Shown: positions 46,123 to 48,499 of the stretch, in pieces
Position numbering within the stretch: the first letter of the stretch is position 1
Layout: each line of letters opens with the position of its first letter
The notes under the pieces: generated by a model
Told to the model about the DNA's origin: nothing
The model's input: the letters and a program-made list of their open reading frames with translations, nothing else
Databases searched by the model: none
Source: Candidatus Micrarchaeota archaeon
GTDB taxonomy: Archaea; Micrarchaeota; Micrarchaeia; Anstonellales; Bilamarchaeaceae
Length of the DNA: 48,499 nt
Direction: 5' to 3'
Assembly (NCBI GenBank): GCA_043827025.1
Contig: JBDRPL010000030.1
Span: 1-48,499, forward strand
Translations under genes and position numbers: made by a program

Positions 46123-46383
46123 ATGGTACGACCAACATACTGTTCGAAATGCAAAAAATGGAATTTGTTTGGAGATCTTGACGTATCTTTTTTTGTCAAA
46201 AAACAGATGAAAAAAGAAAAGACAAAGGAAAGTGTTGATGAGATATATGCAAAAAAGAAATACCTGGATTTTTTTCACAGATACTTAAAAGAAAATAACT
46301 TCCTAGAGGCAGGCTGTTGCGTAAGTCCGAATTGCGTGAAATGCGGTACTAACTTGATTGTGAAGGCAAATAAAAAGAAGTAG
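46123..46383 (+). CDS. Small zinc-binding protein, paralog of 45840-46109
   Basis: AGGTGA SD before ATG 46123; YCSKCKKW.LFG ... CVKC. Confidence 0.65.
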   Translation: MVRPTYCSKCKKWNLFGDLDVSFFVKKQMKKEKTKESVDEIYAKKKYLDFFHRYLKENNFLEAGCCVSPNCVKCGTNLIVKANKKK

Positions 46384-46395
46384 ATAAAAAGTCCC

Positions 46396-47142
46396 TCAAG
46401 CAAAATAATTTCCTGCCCAGCTACCTACAACATAACCTATAAATGCAGATGCAAGCCCTATAAGCACCATCTCGATTCCAGTCTTCCACAAGCTCCCAGA
46501 GGTTGTTTTGCCTTTGTAAGCCCCTGCGACAAACAATGCAATGCCTGAAATCACCAAAGAGGGAAATATGGCAGATTGAACATCCATAAAAAAGAATGGG
46601 GCAAGTGGGATAAGGGAGCCAACCATTGCTGAAGCACCAACAACGAACGCTTCATTCATAGGGTGAATGTTCTTACTTTCAGTAAGGCTCAACTCCTCAG
46701 TCATCATTACGTCAAGCCACATCCTCTCATTACTGCATATCTTGTCAACAATACCTGCAAGCTGTTTTCTTCTGAAGCCTTTCTTCATATAGATGACTTT
46801 CACTTCCTCGCGCTCAATTTCCGGGAATTTCTTTATCTCCATCTTTTCCCTGGCCAATTCGCTGTAATAGAAGTCGCGCTGGGCTTTTGCAGAGGTGTAG
46901 GCAACTGCTGCCATTGAAATGCTTTCTGCAAATGTTGCTGCCAAACCACCAATCAAAACAGCACTGGGACCTATAGAAGAATTAACGCTAACAGCAGCTG
47001 CAAGACCAAGTATTATGCCAAGCACGTTCACAAGGCCGTCCTGGCCTCCTAGAATTATCTGCCTAAGAGTTGAGCCTGCGCTTACACTTGAATGAGGCTC
47101 AACCGGAACTGGCTCTTTAGACGGCTTCTCTTTCAGTTTCAT
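46396..47142 (-). CDS. VIT1/CCC1 family iron/manganese transporter
   Basis: LRQIILGGQDGLV, GLAATFAESISMA, E...PEIEREE...IY..KG, GSLIPLAPF. Confidence 0.9.
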   Translation of the reverse strand: MKLKEKPSKEPVPVEPHSSVSAGSTLRQIILGGQDGLVNVLGIILGLAAAVSVNSSIGPSAVLIGGLAATFAESISMAAVAYTSAKAQRDFYYSELAREKMEIKKFPEIEREEVKVIYMKKGFRRKQLAGIVDKICSNERMWLDVMMTEELSLTESKNIHPMNEAFVVGASAMVGSLIPLAPFFFMDVQSAIFPSLVISGIALFVAGAYKGKTTSGSLWKTGIEMVLIGLASAFIGYVVGSWAGNYFA

Positions 47143-47195
47143 GAATACAATAGCGGAAATAAGTAATAAAAAGCTGTGCAAACCACTGAAAGGCA

Positions 47196-48218
47196 TCACT
47201 GCATAAGGCAGGAATAATCATCGCTTGAAAACTCATTTCCGAAAAGCGCAAGCTCATTGAATTTGTCGAAATCAATCCACGTGTGCCACTTGCCATCTTT
47301 CCTGAATTTCTTTTTTGCAAACATCACTACTCGCGATGGAATGTGCTCTGAAATGATTTCATAATCTGGCAGATATTTTACCAGTTCCTTTGAGAATTCA
47401 ACAATTTCTAGATGGAGAGGCATGTTTTCTCGTTTAAGCCTTTGTTGCGAAGGGCCTACATGCATATATGACTTGGCTTCTATGAAATCAGGCTTGCCTT
47501 TCATTATCATTTTCGCATAGTTCTCATGATCATTCATATTAACGTAGCGAATAAGTGTAAGGCGAATGCAAGTTCTTTGCTTCTTTTGAGCCAAATGTTC
47601 GAGACTTTGATTCAATCTCTCCCAATAGTCTAAAAAAAGAGGGACATCGATTTCCTTGAGAAGTTCCTTAGTCGGAGCATCCAAACTGAGATAAAATTGA
47701 GTTACTGGTTTCAGATTTTTGATGTAATCAGGGTATTGCCCTTTTGTAACCAAAAAGGTGGAGATTTTTCTTATGTGGAACTCATCTATAATTTCATTGA
47801 TCTTTGGGTAAACAATGGGTTCGCCTGTAAGAGAAAGTGCAACATGCTTCACAGTTCGCGATTCTTCATAAATCGGCATGTCAATATGCTTACAGCCCTT
47901 GAAGCCCATAAGCAAGGATTTCTGCGCCTTAAGGCTTTGGTCAATAATGAAATTCGGGCCATCAACGCCCCATTTCCAATCTGTTGAAACTGGCGCTTTA
48001 TAGCCCCTCCAGCAGAACATGCAACGATTGGCACAACTTATGCTTGTTGTCATTTGAAGGCATTGATTGCTTCTTATTCCATAGAATTTATGCTTATAGC
48101 AGCTTCCACGCTTGCGAAGCATGTTCTTTGTCCAACCACATATCTTAACCGCACTATGATTACCCACAACTCGATAGTGCTGACGTTCAAGGTCTGCCTT
48201 TACATCTGGACTGAGCAT
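47196..48218 (-). CDS. taw1: 4-demethylwyosine synthase (radical SAM)
   Basis: HSAVKICGWTK, CYKHKFYGI.S..C.QM, CANRCMFCWR, HVALSLTGEP, FIEAKSYMHVG. Confidence 0.95.
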   Translation of the reverse strand: MLSPDVKADLERQHYRVVGNHSAVKICGWTKNMLRKRGSCYKHKFYGIRSNQCLQMTTSISCANRCMFCWRGYKAPVSTDWKWGVDGPNFIIDQSLKAQKSLLMGFKGCKHIDMPIYEESRTVKHVALSLTGEPIVYPKINEIIDEFHIRKISTFLVTKGQYPDYIKNLKPVTQFYLSLDAPTKELLKEIDVPLFLDYWERLNQSLEHLAQKKQRTCIRLTLIRYVNMNDHENYAKMIMKGKPDFIEAKSYMHVGPSQQRLKRENMPLHLEIVEFSKELVKYLPDYEIISEHIPSRVVMFAKKKFRKDGKWHTWIDFDKFNELALFGNEFSSDDYSCLMQ

Positions 48219-48274
48219 ATAAAATTAAGTTGATAAGAAAGGTGTAAAAGCTTATTTGCTCCTGGTTTTGCTGA

Positions 48275-48488
48275 TCAATGTGACCGAAGGGACCCCACAG
48301 CAAGCTGATAGGGTATGCCCCATTCGGTCACAGCTTGTCGTGACCTTGAGGTCACGAACATGATCGTGAATACAAAACATTCGCGACATTGAAAAACTGG
48401 GTTTCGCTGCACAAGCTTGTTGCAATGCAACAAGATGCCCATTGTTGCGCTACGCAACAATCGGGAGTAGCGGGGTATGGACCCAGTT
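48275..48488. other. Densely self-complementary non-coding region (structured RNA or palindrome cluster)
   Basis: At least seven stems of 7-10 bp, e.g. TGTGACCGAA/TTCGGTCACA, CTTGTTGCA/TGCAACAAG, AACTGGGT/ACCCAGTT. Confidence 0.55.
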
Positions 48489-48499
48489 CATCAAATCAA

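Noticed and set aside
48281..48306. Resemblance to SRP RNA helix 8 (…CCGAAGGGA…AGCAAGC)
   Set aside because: The conserved CAGG of the internal loop is missing and the spacing does not fit
48462..48499. Possible 3' end of a minus-strand tRNA (…CCCGC-TACTCCC-G)
   Set aside because: No T-loop or 5' half is visible before the window ends

Overview
A roughly 40% GC archaeal chromosomal segment. Archaeal markers include archaeal-type AlaRS, Nop5, Taw1, cupin PGI, and tRNAs with bulge-helix-bulge (BHB) introns and no encoded CCA. The density of non-canonical tRNA introns suggests DPANN, probably Micrarchaeota (inference). The window holds a complete his operon (hisD, hisC-HAD, hisB, G, H, A, F, IE), hisS, alaS, tpiA, sufB/sufC/sufU, DNA-repair genes (ogg, nfo, alkD) and six tRNA genes. 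Five of these are split by 9 introns in total, 7 at non-canonical sites; tRNA-Pro has three introns and a 6-nt exon. Most notable observations: (1) an 80-aa six-CxxC protein resembling a circularly permuted spliceosomal PHF5A/Rds3, directly behind a HEAT-repeat gene; (2) short palindromic modules shared between tRNA introns, tRNA 3' trailers and the his leader, with a repeated 'target / inverted target / palindrome / target' trailer at three tRNAs; (3) a Shine-Dalgarno (SD)-led, His-codon-containing uORF overlapping hisD so that a +1 frameshift would give HisD; (4) a signal-peptide beta-barrel-like protein ending in Phe; (5) a twice-repeated tandem-Lrp / RNPLAxDGE-tail module; (6) a GGDEF-family protein. 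All calls come from reading motifs by eye; no searches were run.
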